Shown: positions 1-8,370 of the stretch, piece after piece
Layout: each line of letters starts with the position of its first letter
How positions within the stretch are numbered: the first letter of the stretch is position 1
From: an uncultured Actinomycetes bacterium
Lineage (GTDB): Bacteria; Actinomycetota; UBA4738; HRBIN12
DNA length: 64,000 bases
Direction: 5' to 3'
Assembly (NCBI GenBank): GCA_963816425.1
Contig: CAWFKP010000006.1
Coordinates: 555,678-619,677 of the forward strand
The notes under the pieces: model-generated
What the model was told of the DNA's origin: nothing
Databases searched by the model: none
The model's input: the letters and a program-made list of their open reading frames with translations, nothing else
Translations under genes and position numbers: made by a program

Positions 1-1
1 C

Positions 2-199
2 GACACGTTCGGCCCCGATCCGGGGACCGATCCGCTGTTCCTGGAGACGTGGCTCACGCTGCGGAACCACCGCTTCACGTTGGAGAACCTCACGAACCTG
101 GATGCGATGCCATCGCAAGGCGGGTGGATCGTGATCGGCGGACCGAGGAACCGGCACGGCTCCGGGGCGCCGAGCACGATCTTCGGCTTGGTTCCCTGA
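2..199 (+). CDS. putative cyclase / arylformamidase-family protein, C-terminal fragment (5' end outside window)
   Basis: Frame 2 is open from the window edge to TGA 197-199. The tail NHRFTLENLTNLDAMPSQGGWIVIGGPRNRHGSGAPSTIFGLVP resembles C-termini of the putative cyclase family; assignment is by recall only. Confidence 0.45.
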   Translation, partial: DTFGPDPGTDPLFLETWLTLRNHRFTLENLTNLDAMPSQGGWIVIGGPRNRHGSGAPSTIFGLVP

Positions 200-215
200 G
201 GCGACAGCCGGTCGA

Positions 216-1112
216 TCAGCCCGCGGCCCGACGAAGGGCCGCGGGCAGGCGGGATCTACGCTCGGCCAGGGCGCGCCACTGGCGTGGCCCGTCCGTGTCG
301 AGCAACCCCGGGACCGTCGCGATGGTGAAGTCGCCTGGGGTCGCGTCGCCGACCCGCTCGACCGGCACCGGGAACGAGACCGTCCCCTCGGCGTTGGCGC
401 GTGGTGAGAAGGCCGCGACGACCGTGGCACCGGTGCCGTTGCGCGAGGGATCGAGCAGCACGCGGCCGCCTCTGTCGGCTTTGCGGAACGCATCCGTGAT
501 CAAGCCCGGGCGACGATCCGACACGATGCCCGTCAGCGTGGCGGCGGCCTCGCGCAGCTCGTCCGGTGTGTAGCGGCGCTCGATCGGCACCACGACATGC
601 AGGCCCTTCCCGCCGGTCGTCTTGACGGCGGCGGCGCAGCCGAGGTCAGCAAGCACCTCGAGCACGAGCCGGGCCGCCTCGGCCGCCGCGTCGAACGCGC
701 CGTCGGGCGGGTCGATGTCCACGACGAACAGATCGGGTCGTTCCAGCCGATCGACGCGCACCGGGGCCGGATGGAACTCCAGCGCGGCCTGATTGCCGAG
801 CCAGGCCAGCGTCGTCGCGTCGTTGCACACGACGTAGCGCACGTCCCGCTTCGCGCTCGGCGCCGGGATCTCGACGGTCGCGATCCAGTCCGGGGCATAC
901 GAGGACACCGCCTTCTGGAAGTACCGCTCGCCCTCGACCCCGTCGGGCGCGCGGACCACGGTGAGGGGACGCGCGCGCAGCCACGGAAGCATGTCCTCGG
1001 CGACGGCGGCGAGGTAGTCGACGTACCGCTGCTTCGTGATCCCGATGTCGGGCCACAGAAGCTTGTCCGGTCGTGAAACGGTGACATCTCGGGCCGCGGT
1101 GCGGGTCGCCAT
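216..1112 (-). CDS. stand-alone LigD-type NHEJ polymerase/primase domain protein (copy 1)
   Basis: 298-aa ORF with AEP/LigD-Pol motifs PDKLLWP, ALEFHP, FVVDIDP, KTTGGKGLHVVVP and DPSRNGTGATVVAAFSPR. Confidence 0.85.
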   Translation of the reverse strand: MATRTAARDVTVSRPDKLLWPDIGITKQRYVDYLAAVAEDMLPWLRARPLTVVRAPDGVEGERYFQKAVSSYAPDWIATVEIPAPSAKRDVRYVVCNDATTLAWLGNQAALEFHPAPVRVDRLERPDLFVVDIDPPDGAFDAAAEAARLVLEVLADLGCAAAVKTTGGKGLHVVVPIERRYTPDELREAAATLTGIVSDRRPGLITDAFRKADRGGRVLLDPSRNGTGATVVAAFSPRANAEGTVSFPVPVERVGDATPGDFTIATVPGLLDTDGPRQWRALAERRSRLPAALRRAAG

Positions 1113-1254
1113 AGCCGTGTTCTACCCATATCGGCCGACCGGAAGCAACGTGAGGAGTGTTCAGCCCGCTCCCGCCGGTTCGTTTGGCCTGAAGGCGGAG
1201 AAGGCTCAAGATGGGCGCGATCCGCGACGGAGACCGGTCAATCAGGGGGGAACC

Positions 1255-2832
1255 ATGTCGACCAGCGCGGGGGCAGCTCGGCCTGCCTCGCTCACCACCA
1301 ACGATCTCGGGCCGCTTCCGGCGTTCCTGCGTCCCTTCGTGGACTGGGTCGCGCGGCTGCCGACCACGGTGCATATCAAGCTGCTCGCCGGGTTCGGCGT
1401 GATCGCGATCTTGATGTTCTCGATGGGCATCGTGTGTGTCGGCGTGCTCAACCGTGTGAACCATCAGGTCGAGACGCTCACCGCGCTCAACGAACAGGCG
1501 AGCCAGGCTCGCGACATGATCTACGACGTCACCGCGCAGAGCCACTACCGCGCGATGGCGCTCATCACGCGTGACGACGTGTGGCTCGACAAGCTCTACG
1601 CCGCCAAGACGCAGTTCACCGACCAGATCGCGTGGATGCGGGCCAACGCCATCCCGGACCGGACCGCCTTCCTCGATCAACTCTCCGTGACCAACAACCG
1701 ATTCGCCATCTCGGGCGACCTCGTGACCAACCTGTATCGACAGGGCAAGATCGATGACGCGCTCGCGCTCCATATCGACCAGGAGCACGCGATCTCCCAC
1801 GAGCTGGAGGACTCGCTCAAGCTCATGATCGCGGACTCCCAAGCGCTGGTCATCGAGGAGACGGACGCGTTCGCACGAGACCGTCGGTTCCTCACGCTCG
1901 CCGTCGCGGGATTCTCGTTCATGAGTCTGCTCGGCGCCCTGGCGCTCGGCGCGATCCTGTCGTGGTCGCTGATCCGCCCCGTGCGCCAGGTGGATGACGC
2001 GCTCGAATCGATCGCGAACGGCGAGTTCGACGCGCGTGTCGACGTGCCGAACCGCGATGAGTTCGGCCACCTCACCTCCAACCTCAACCGAACGACGGAG
2101 CAGCTGGCGACCGTCTACGGCGATCTCGAGACGCTCAACGCCGACCTCCAGACAGCGGTCGATGTCAAGGTGGGCGAGCTGGAGCGCGCCACGCGGCTCA
2201 AGCGATACCTCTCCCCACAGCTCGCGGAGTCGATCCTCTCGGGGGAGCGCGACGTCACCCTCCGGCCCAGGCGCAAGTTCCTGACGACGTTCTTCTCCGA
2301 CGTCCGAGGGTTCACGGCCGCGGCCGAACGGATGGAGCCGGAGGAGCTGGTCGACCATCTCAACGACTACCTCGCGGAGATGACCGAGATCGTGTTCCGT
2401 CACGGTGGGACGCTCGACAAATACGTGGGCGACGCGCTGATGGTGTTCTTTGGCGATCCGATCCCGCAGCCCGATCACGCGGAACGAGCGGTCCGGATGG
2501 GCTTGGAGATGCGCGAGCGCATGCTCGATCTGCACGAGACATGGCTGCGCAAGTACCGCGAGTCGTTCAAGATCGGGATCGGCATCTCGACCGGCTGGGT
2601 CACGGTCGGCGACATCGGCACGGCCGCTCGCAGCGACTACACGGTGCTCGGGAACGAGGTGAACCTGGCCTCGAGGCTGGCGGACCGCGCCGAGGCGGGT
2701 CAGATCCTGGTCACCGAGCGCACGATGGTCGAGGTCGAGGAGATCGTCGACAGCACGCCGATCGATGAGATCAGCCTGAAGGGGATCAGCAGACCGATCA
2801 AGGTGTATGAGGTGCGTCCCAAGGGCGAATGA
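1255..2832 (+). CDS. membrane-anchored HAMP + class III adenylate/guanylate cyclase
   Basis: ORF track 1036-2832. ATG 1255 follows a G-rich RBS. Two TM segments, a HAMP domain (LIRPVRQVDDALESIANGEFDARV), a coiled coil, and a cyclase core (FFSDVRGFT, GDALMVFFG, GNEVNLASRL). Confidence 0.85.
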   Translation: MSTSAGAARPASLTTNDLGPLPAFLRPFVDWVARLPTTVHIKLLAGFGVIAILMFSMGIVCVGVLNRVNHQVETLTALNEQASQARDMIYDVTAQSHYRAMALITRDDVWLDKLYAAKTQFTDQIAWMRANAIPDRTAFLDQLSVTNNRFAISGDLVTNLYRQGKIDDALALHIDQEHAISHELEDSLKLMIADSQALVIEETDAFARDRRFLTLAVAGFSFMSLLGALALGAILSWSLIRPVRQVDDALESIANGEFDARVDVPNRDEFGHLTSNLNRTTEQLATVYGDLETLNADLQTAVDVKVGELERATRLKRYLSPQLAESILSGERDVTLRPRRKFLTTFFSDVRGFTAAAERMEPEELVDHLNDYLAEMTEIVFRHGGTLDKYVGDALMVFFGDPIPQPDHAERAVRMGLEMRERMLDLHETWLRKYRESFKIGIGISTGWVTVGDIGTAARSDYTVLGNEVNLASRLADRAEAGQILVTERTMVEVEEIVDSTPIDEISLKGISRPIKVYEVRPKGE

Positions 2833-2856
2833 GCGCTCCCGACCCGAGGGTTCCAG

Positions 2857-3444
2857 TTGGGCGCGATCGCTGCCGAACACTCGTGTGTGGATACAGAACC
2901 CAACGCGACACGAGAGCGTCGGCGCGCCTCACCCGTGCGCACGGGTCTCGCGCGCCTGCTGGGGGCGCACACGAACGGTCGAGTGAGTGTCGGGTGGCTC
3001 GGACAGCTGCCCGATGGATGGCATCTCGTGAACGACGTGCCGGTCGGCGACGACGCGACCATCGATCACCTCCTCGTGGGTCCGGCGGGCGTCTTCGCGG
3101 TCAACGCGAAGAACGTGAGCGGGCAGGTCTGGGTGGGGGCGAGCGGCGTACGCGTCAACGGGCACGCGACCGACGATGTGTGGACGCTGGTCCACGCCGC
3201 CAAGCGGGCGACCCGCCTGCTCTCGGGCGAGCTGAACCGACCCGTGACCGTCGCCCCGATGCTCGCGATCCTCGCCGACGGCTGGACGATCCATGAGACG
3301 CCCAGCGATCTCTTCATCGGACCGCCCCGTGTCGTGAAGGATCGGCTCCTCCAGCTGCGACCGACGCTCGATGCGCATGAGGTTGCGACGCTCGCGGACA
3401 TCGCGGCGAGCCCGGCGACCTGGGGGGTCGAACCGATCTTCTAG
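2857..3444 (+). CDS. NERD (nuclease-related) domain protein
   Basis: 195-aa ORF with a TTG start. The core IDHLLVGPAGVFAVNAKN followed by a basic segment fits the NERD pattern. Confidence 0.6.
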   Translation: MGAIAAEHSCVDTEPNATRERRRASPVRTGLARLLGAHTNGRVSVGWLGQLPDGWHLVNDVPVGDDATIDHLLVGPAGVFAVNAKNVSGQVWVGASGVRVNGHATDDVWTLVHAAKRATRLLSGELNRPVTVAPMLAILADGWTIHETPSDLFIGPPRVVKDRLLQLRPTLDAHEVATLADIAASPATWGVEPIF

Positions 3445-3484
3445 ATCGGGCGAACCGCGTGGCGTCGGGGAATTGACCGCTCGC

Positions 3485-3946
3485 TTGCGCTGCGCGTACG
3501 TTCATCCGGCACGCGGAGCGGGAGCAACACGCAGGGGAGGTCCACCCACGTCGGCCGATCAAGGGGACGTACGCCGGATCGCCCTCAGCCTGCCGGAGGC
3601 CGAGGAGGACGTCGACCGCTTCGCCTTCTCGGTGGCCGCCGGCGCCAAGCGCAAGGGCTTCGCCTGGGTGTGGATGGAGCGCCTCGAGCCGAAGGAGCCA
3701 CGCGTGCCGAACCCCGACGTGCTTGCGGTGCGCGTGGCGAACGAAGAAGAGAAGCAGACGCTGATCGCGGCACAGCCCGCGACCTACTTCACCGAGCCGC
3801 ACTACAACGGGTTCCCCGCGGTGCTCGTGCGCCTCGCCGCGATCGAACCGGACGAGCTCGAGGAACTCCTGGTGGACGCGTGGCGGGTGCAGGCGCCGAA
3901 GGCGCTGGTGCGCTCCTTCGACGAGGCGCATCCAGCCGGCGGCTGA
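3485..3946 (+). CDS. MmcQ/YjbR-family protein (start uncertain)
   Basis: The last ~125 aa (VRRIALSLPEAEE ... FTEPHYNGFPAVLVRL) fit the MmcQ/YjbR family. TTG 3485 is the nearest canonical start; an RBS-aligned ACG sits at 3548 (see findings). Confidence 0.6.
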   Translation: MRCAYVHPARGAGATRRGGPPTSADQGDVRRIALSLPEAEEDVDRFAFSVAAGAKRKGFAWVWMERLEPKEPRVPNPDVLAVRVANEEEKQTLIAAQPATYFTEPHYNGFPAVLVRLAAIEPDELEELLVDAWRVQAPKALVRSFDEAHPAGG

Positions 3947-3949
3947 GGA

Positions 3950-4315
3950 TCAGCCCGGCTGGAAGAGCTCGATCGGGTTGCCGGCGGGGTCCTCGATCAA
4001 GATCTGCTTGCCGCCGGGGCCCTCGACGATGTCGTTGCGGAACGCCACGCCTTCGGTCCGGAGCCGGGCGACCATCGCGTCGATGTCCTCGGTCGTGAGG
4101 ACGAGCCGGTTCCAGCCGCCGGGAGCCGGCTGCGAGCCGTCCGGCATCGGTCGCGCAGCCGAGCTGACCGGTCCCGCCAGCCACAGGACGAGGTCGTCCC
4201 GACGGAGGATCGCGATCGCGGGACCGTAGCGCTCGATCTCCTCGAAGCCCAGCGTCCCGACGTAGAAGGGAACGCACCGAGCGACGTCATCGACCAGGTA
4301 CCGGACCGTTGCCAT
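3950..4315 (-). CDS. VOC (glyoxalase/bleomycin-resistance/dioxygenase) family protein
   Basis: 121-aa ORF. The pattern VDDVARCVPFYVGTLGFEE ... NRLVLTTEDIDAMVARL ... GKQILIEDPAGNPIELF is typical of the paired beta-alpha-beta-beta-beta VOC fold. Confidence 0.75.
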   Translation of the reverse strand: MATVRYLVDDVARCVPFYVGTLGFEEIERYGPAIAILRRDDLVLWLAGPVSSAARPMPDGSQPAPGGWNRLVLTTEDIDAMVARLRTEGVAFRNDIVEGPGGKQILIEDPAGNPIELFQPG

Positions 4316-4332
4316 CCACCGACGCTACCGCG

Positions 4333-5742
4333 TCACGGCCCGAACGCGTACGTCTGGCTGTCGAACGCGTTGCCGAGCTCGTCGGTCGGCGTGACGGTCA
4401 CCTGCGTCCCGTCGACCGTCACCAGGAGGAAGTGGTGGATCTGATCGACCGCCGTCGGTGTGGGCGCGCCGCCGCAGGCGCTGCCGTGCGTGCTCGCGAC
4501 GTAGTCCCATCCGATCGCGTACTGATCGATCGGCGTGCACGCGCTCACCGGTTCGAGTCGCGCGCCGCCGCCGCCCGTCACATAGCTCACCGGCATGCCC
4601 GGCGCCGAGGGCGCGTTGCGCTCATAGATGTGCGCGTGCCCGTTGAACACCACATCGACCCCGTGATCGGCGAGCAGCCCCTCGAGGTTGCTCGGGCCGT
4701 CGAGCCATGGATCGGTGGCCTCGGTCGCGTTGTCCGTGTAGAGCGGGAAGTGGAAGAAGGCGAACGACAGCGCCCGCTCGTGGGTCTCGAGGTCGTGCCG
4801 CAGCCACAGGTACTCCGCGCTGTCGACCGTCCAGTGCGCGTCGTAGTCGTTCTCATAGAGATCTGCCGTGCCGACGTTGCCGTTGTCCCACGAGGCGTCC
4901 AGGACGTAGAAGCGCGCCGGGCCGGCGTTGAACGCGTACCACCCGCTCGGATAGGTCGCCGAGGAGGTCTGGTTCTCGCAGCAGTAGGTGTCCATCTGAT
5001 ACCGGCCGCCCGAGGAGGCCACCGCCTTGTCCTGCGGCCAGTTCGTCAGCGCCGCAACCTTCAGACCGTGGTTGCCCTGCGCGTTGAACAACGGGATCGA
5101 GGCGCCCGCCGCGGCCCAGAACGCCGGGCCGAAGATGGAGCTTGTGCTCGAACCGGTCTGCTGCAGGTCGCCGTAGTTCAGCTGTGACCCGTCGGGATAG
5201 GCCGTGTCGCCCGTGGTGATGGCGAACCGCGCGCCGCTGGCCGCGATCTGGGCGATCACGTTCTCCTGGTCGACGTTCTCGCCGCTCGGGCCGACCAACC
5301 CCCAGTCGCCGAGCACCGCGAACGAGAACGGAGCCGTCGATCCCGCCGGAACCTGCGAGCGGAAGGTGGGCGCCGGGCCCGGACCGAGCAGCTTCGCTCC
5401 GCCACCGGCGATCCGGTAGCAGTACGTGGCGTCGCGCGCCAATCCCGTCAGCTCGGCCTTCCATTGATACTCGGGAACCGCGCCGACCATGATCGACGTG
5501 GCGGTGGCGGGCACGTGGTGGGCGCGGCAGGTCTCGGCGCCCACGCGTCCGTACGTGACGCGGCCGGTCGCGAGGTCCGTCGTCGTCGCCCAGTTCACCG
5601 TCACGTGGCGGGCGACGAGGTCGGTGAGATAGGGATATCGCGTCAGCGAGGCGGACGGATCGGCGGCGCCGGGCACCGCGAACGCGACCGAGGCGATCGC
5701 CACGGCCGCGAGCGCAGCCAGCGATCGCATCCATCGGTTCAC
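4333..5742 (-). CDS. secreted metallophosphoesterase (purple-acid-phosphatase-like)
   Basis: 469 aa with an N-terminal signal peptide (MNRWMRSLAALAAVAIASVAFAVPGAA), a fibronectin-like N-domain, and metallophosphatase motifs GDWG, TGDTAY, GNHG and NGHAHIYER. Confidence 0.8.
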   Translation of the reverse strand: MNRWMRSLAALAAVAIASVAFAVPGAADPSASLTRYPYLTDLVARHVTVNWATTTDLATGRVTYGRVGAETCRAHHVPATATSIMVGAVPEYQWKAELTGLARDATYCYRIAGGGAKLLGPGPAPTFRSQVPAGSTAPFSFAVLGDWGLVGPSGENVDQENVIAQIAASGARFAITTGDTAYPDGSQLNYGDLQQTGSSTSSIFGPAFWAAAGASIPLFNAQGNHGLKVAALTNWPQDKAVASSGGRYQMDTYCCENQTSSATYPSGWYAFNAGPARFYVLDASWDNGNVGTADLYENDYDAHWTVDSAEYLWLRHDLETHERALSFAFFHFPLYTDNATEATDPWLDGPSNLEGLLADHGVDVVFNGHAHIYERNAPSAPGMPVSYVTGGGGARLEPVSACTPIDQYAIGWDYVASTHGSACGGAPTPTAVDQIHHFLLVTVDGTQVTVTPTDELGNAFDSQTYAFGP

Positions 5743-5918
5743 GGTGCAGGTCCCTTCCCACGGCAGGGATATCGAAACGTCCGAGCATGCATCCTATCGG
5801 CCGGCTCACGGCGGCCGGAACCGACGTCGGTCTCGGTTGACACGACCTTCGGCGTGGCAGCAGGCTGAGGCCGAACGCTGACGAGGGAGGGCACATCGAA
5901 ACGACGCTGGCGCCGTGG

Positions 5919-6269
5919 TTGTCGGTCGACGACGCGCAACGGGCGGTCGACTTCTATGCGGCCGCCTTCGGCGCGGTCGAGGCGTACCGCCTCGAGGACG
6001 GCGGGCGGCTCGCCGTTGCGCGGCTCTCCGTCGGCGCCGCCGAGTTCTGGGTGCAAGAGGATCCGGACGCGGCGCACGAGCGACGCGACCGCGAGCCGAT
6101 CCGATTGATCCTGTCCGTCGATGACCCCGACGCCGCCTATGACCGCGCGGTCGCGGCGGGCGCCACGGTCGTTGCCCCGGTCTCCGAGGACCACGGCTGG
6201 CGCACGGGCAGGATCGTCGATCCGTTCGGTCATGCGTGGGAGATCAGCACGCAGCTCGACGTCGCATGA
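5919..6269 (+). CDS. VOC family protein (PhnB-like)
   Basis: 116-aa ORF from TTG 5919. AVDFYAAAFGA ... DPFGHAWEI is typical of PhnB-like VOC proteins. Its stop overlaps the next start (ATGA at 6266-6269). The conserved N-terminus extends upstream to an ATC at 5895. Confidence 0.7.
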   Translation: MSVDDAQRAVDFYAAAFGAVEAYRLEDGGRLAVARLSVGAAEFWVQEDPDAAHERRDREPIRLILSVDDPDAAYDRAVAAGATVVAPVSEDHGWRTGRIVDPFGHAWEISTQLDVA

Positions 6270-7324
6270 GCGAGCCGGTGCTGGCGAACGACGCGATCAG
6301 CGAGCTGCTCTTCCGAGCCGCGTCTGAGCACGAGGGTCATCGCAAGCGGGCGCTCGATCGGGCCGCCAAGGCCGCGTGGACCTGGGAGGAAGAGGCCGCG
6401 AGCCTGCCGGCCGACGGCAGATCGCTGACCGAATTGCGCGCCGTCGGCCCGTGGGTCCAGGAGCTGATCGAGGGGTGGTTCGCCGATCCGCCCGACGTTC
6501 CCGAGCCCGACGAGACGAGGCGCGGCTTCATCACGATGGCGACGGTCCGTCGCGTGCTGGACGCGGATCCAGGCTGGCTCGGGTCCGCGCACGGGGATCT
6601 CCAGGTGCACAGCACGGACAGCGACGGCGCGCTGCCGCTGGAGCAGATGGCCGACGCCGCGGTGAAGATCGGTCGTGCGTACATGGCATGCACGGACCAC
6701 TCGACGAGCCTCAAGATCGCGCACGGCATGACCGTGGAGGAGATCGGCGCGCAAGCCGGCCGGATCGAGGCTCGCAACGGTGCCGAGGCGGCGGCCGGCT
6801 CGTCCTTCCGCCTGCTGCGATCGATCGAGATGGACGTGTTCTCCGACGGATCGGGGGACATGGAGCCCGAGGTGCTCGACGGGCTCGACCTCGTGCTGGG
6901 TGCGTTCCACACGAAGCTCCGCGATCCGGAGGACGCCACCGAGCGCTATCTGGCCGCCCTTGCGAACCCGCACGTCCACGTGCTCGCGCATCCGACGACG
7001 CGGATGTTCGGGCGGCGTCGCGGCCTGATCGCCGATTGGCCGCGTGTGTTCGCCGAGGCCGCCCGCCTGGGCAAGGCGGTCGAGCTGGACGCGACGCCCC
7101 GGCGTCAGGACCTGCCCGTCGAGCTGGCGACGATCGCGTTCGCCGAGGGCGTGCGGTGGTTCTCGATCGGCAGCGACGCCCACGATGCGGCCGAGCTCGG
7201 GCACCTTCCGATCGGGATGGCCACCGCGGCGCTGGCCGGCATCCCGCGCGAGCGCATCCTCAACTACCTGCCGGCCGCCGAGGTCATCGAGTGGGCCGCG
7301 GCCGTGCGCTCGGAGGCGGCGTGA
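6266..7324 (+). CDS. PHP-domain phosphoesterase with PolX-like N-terminal helix-hairpin-helix domain (no polymerase core)
   Basis: ATG 6266 overlaps the upstream stop. The N-terminal ~90 aa resemble the 8-kDa HhH domain of family X polymerases. The PHP metal-ligand motifs are complete: DLQVHSTDSDG, ACTDHS, SIEMDV, GAFH, VLAHP, GSDAHD. Confidence 0.8.
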   Translation: MSEPVLANDAISELLFRAASEHEGHRKRALDRAAKAAWTWEEEAASLPADGRSLTELRAVGPWVQELIEGWFADPPDVPEPDETRRGFITMATVRRVLDADPGWLGSAHGDLQVHSTDSDGALPLEQMADAAVKIGRAYMACTDHSTSLKIAHGMTVEEIGAQAGRIEARNGAEAAAGSSFRLLRSIEMDVFSDGSGDMEPEVLDGLDLVLGAFHTKLRDPEDATERYLAALANPHVHVLAHPTTRMFGRRRGLIADWPRVFAEAARLGKAVELDATPRRQDLPVELATIAFAEGVRWFSIGSDAHDAAELGHLPIGMATAALAGIPRERILNYLPAAEVIEWAAAVRSEAA

Positions 7325-8370
7325 CGCGGCGCGGGGTCGGGCCGATGCTCGCGAAGCTCCAGCCCGAGATCCCGCAGGGCGAGGGTTGGACGTACGAGCC
7401 GAAGTGGGACGGCTTCCGCACGATCGTCACGGTGCGCGAGGACGGCGACGTCGAGCTCGAGAGCCGCGGCGATCGCCCGATGGGCCGGTACTTCCCCGAG
7501 ATCGTGGAGCTCGTGGGCGGTCGGCGCACCGGCCCGCTCGTTGCCGACGGCGAGCTCGTCATGGTGCGGCCAGAGGGCCTGTCGTTCGACGAGCTGCAGC
7601 TGCGGTTGCATCCGGCGGCCTCGCGGGTGCGGACGCTCTCGGCGGAGATCCCGGCGACGCTGATCCTGTTCGACCTGCTCGAGGAGGCGGGGGAGGACCT
7701 CCGCGACGAGCCGCTCGAGGTTCGGCGCGAGCGGCTTGCCGCCCTGGCCGAGCGGATCGGTGCGGATCGCACGCCCGAGCAGCTGGCGGACCTGTCGCCC
7801 GGCCCTGATCTGCGTCTCACGCCCTGGACCGACGTCCTCGAGATCGCCCGACGCTGGTACGAGGACGAGGCGGGGCTCGGGCAGGACGGGATCGTGGCCA
7901 AGCGGATCGAACAGACGTACCAGCCGGGCGTTCGCGGTTGGGTCAAGGTGAAGCATCGCTCGACGGCCGACTGCGTCGTCGGCGGGTACCGGTTGTCCAA
8001 GGAGGGCGACGGCGTCGGCTCGTTGCTGCTCGGGCTGTTCGACGGCGAGGGCCGCCTGCACTACGTCGGGCACACGTCGTCGTTCCGCGCCGCGGAGCGC
8101 CGCGCGATCCGTGCGGCGCTCGCCCCGCTGGAGGGCGGCGCGGGGTTCGGCGAGGACGCGCGTTCGCCCGGCGGGCAGAGCCGCTGGTCGACGGGTCGGG
8201 AGGCCGAGTGGGTGTCGCTGGACCCCGTGCTCGTGTGCGAGGTGTCGTTCGATCGCGTCCAGCACGGCCGGTTCCGGCACGCGGCGACGTTCGTGCGTTG
8301 GCGCGATGACCGCACGCCGGCGTCCTGCACCTTCGATCAGGTCGGCGCCTCGCCACCGTCCTGGGGCTGA
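7321..8370 (+). CDS. ATP-dependent DNA ligase (LigD ligase-module / LigC type)
   Basis: GTG 7321 overlaps the PHP stop (GTGA); an alternative ATG lies at 7345. Adenylation motif EPKWDGFR, plus DGELV, EGIVAKR-like GIVAKR and VKVKH motifs, and an OB-fold C-terminus. Confidence 0.9.
   Translation: MTRRGVGPMLAKLQPEIPQGEGWTYEPKWDGFRTIVTVREDGDVELESRGDRPMGRYFPEIVELVGGRRTGPLVADGELVMVRPEGLSFDELQLRLHPAASRVRTLSAEIPATLILFDLLEEAGEDLRDEPLEVRRERLAALAERIGADRTPEQLADLSPGPDLRLTPWTDVLEIARRWYEDEAGLGQDGIVAKRIEQTYQPGVRGWVKVKHRSTADCVVGGYRLSKEGDGVGSLLLGLFDGEGRLHYVGHTSSFRAAERRAIRAALAPLEGGAGFGEDARSPGGQSRWSTGREAEWVSLDPVLVCEVSFDRVQHGRFRHAATFVRWRDDRTPASCTFDQVGASPPSWG

Noticed and set aside
1211-1402. 63-codon ORF with GGAGAAGG upstream that overlaps the cyclase start; a possible uORF or N-terminal extension.
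   Set aside because: After the first few codons GC3 drops and the peptide becomes Arg/Ser/Cys-rich noise in an alternative frame of the cyclase gene. The cyclase has its own RBS-preceded ATG at 1255.
646-2880. 744-aa minus-strand ORF, and many similar 300-950-aa ORFs (e.g. 9274-11628 +, 11517-13592 -, 21199-23580 +, 56417-58456 -, 57187-59211 + upstream part, 60190-61509 -).
   Set aside because: They run antisense or out of frame to genes with clear family motifs. Their translations are Arg/Gly/Pro/Asp-rich low-complexity strings with no recognisable motifs. Such long shadow ORFs are expected in very GC-rich DNA where stop codons are rare.
6376-7320. N-terminal 315 codons of the 664-aa ORF 6376-8370, which would extend the ligase far upstream.
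   Set aside because: That part overlaps the PHP gene in another frame and translates to Arg/Gly noise. The ligase homology begins at 7321/7345, where a GTGA overlap with the PHP stop provides a natural coupled start.
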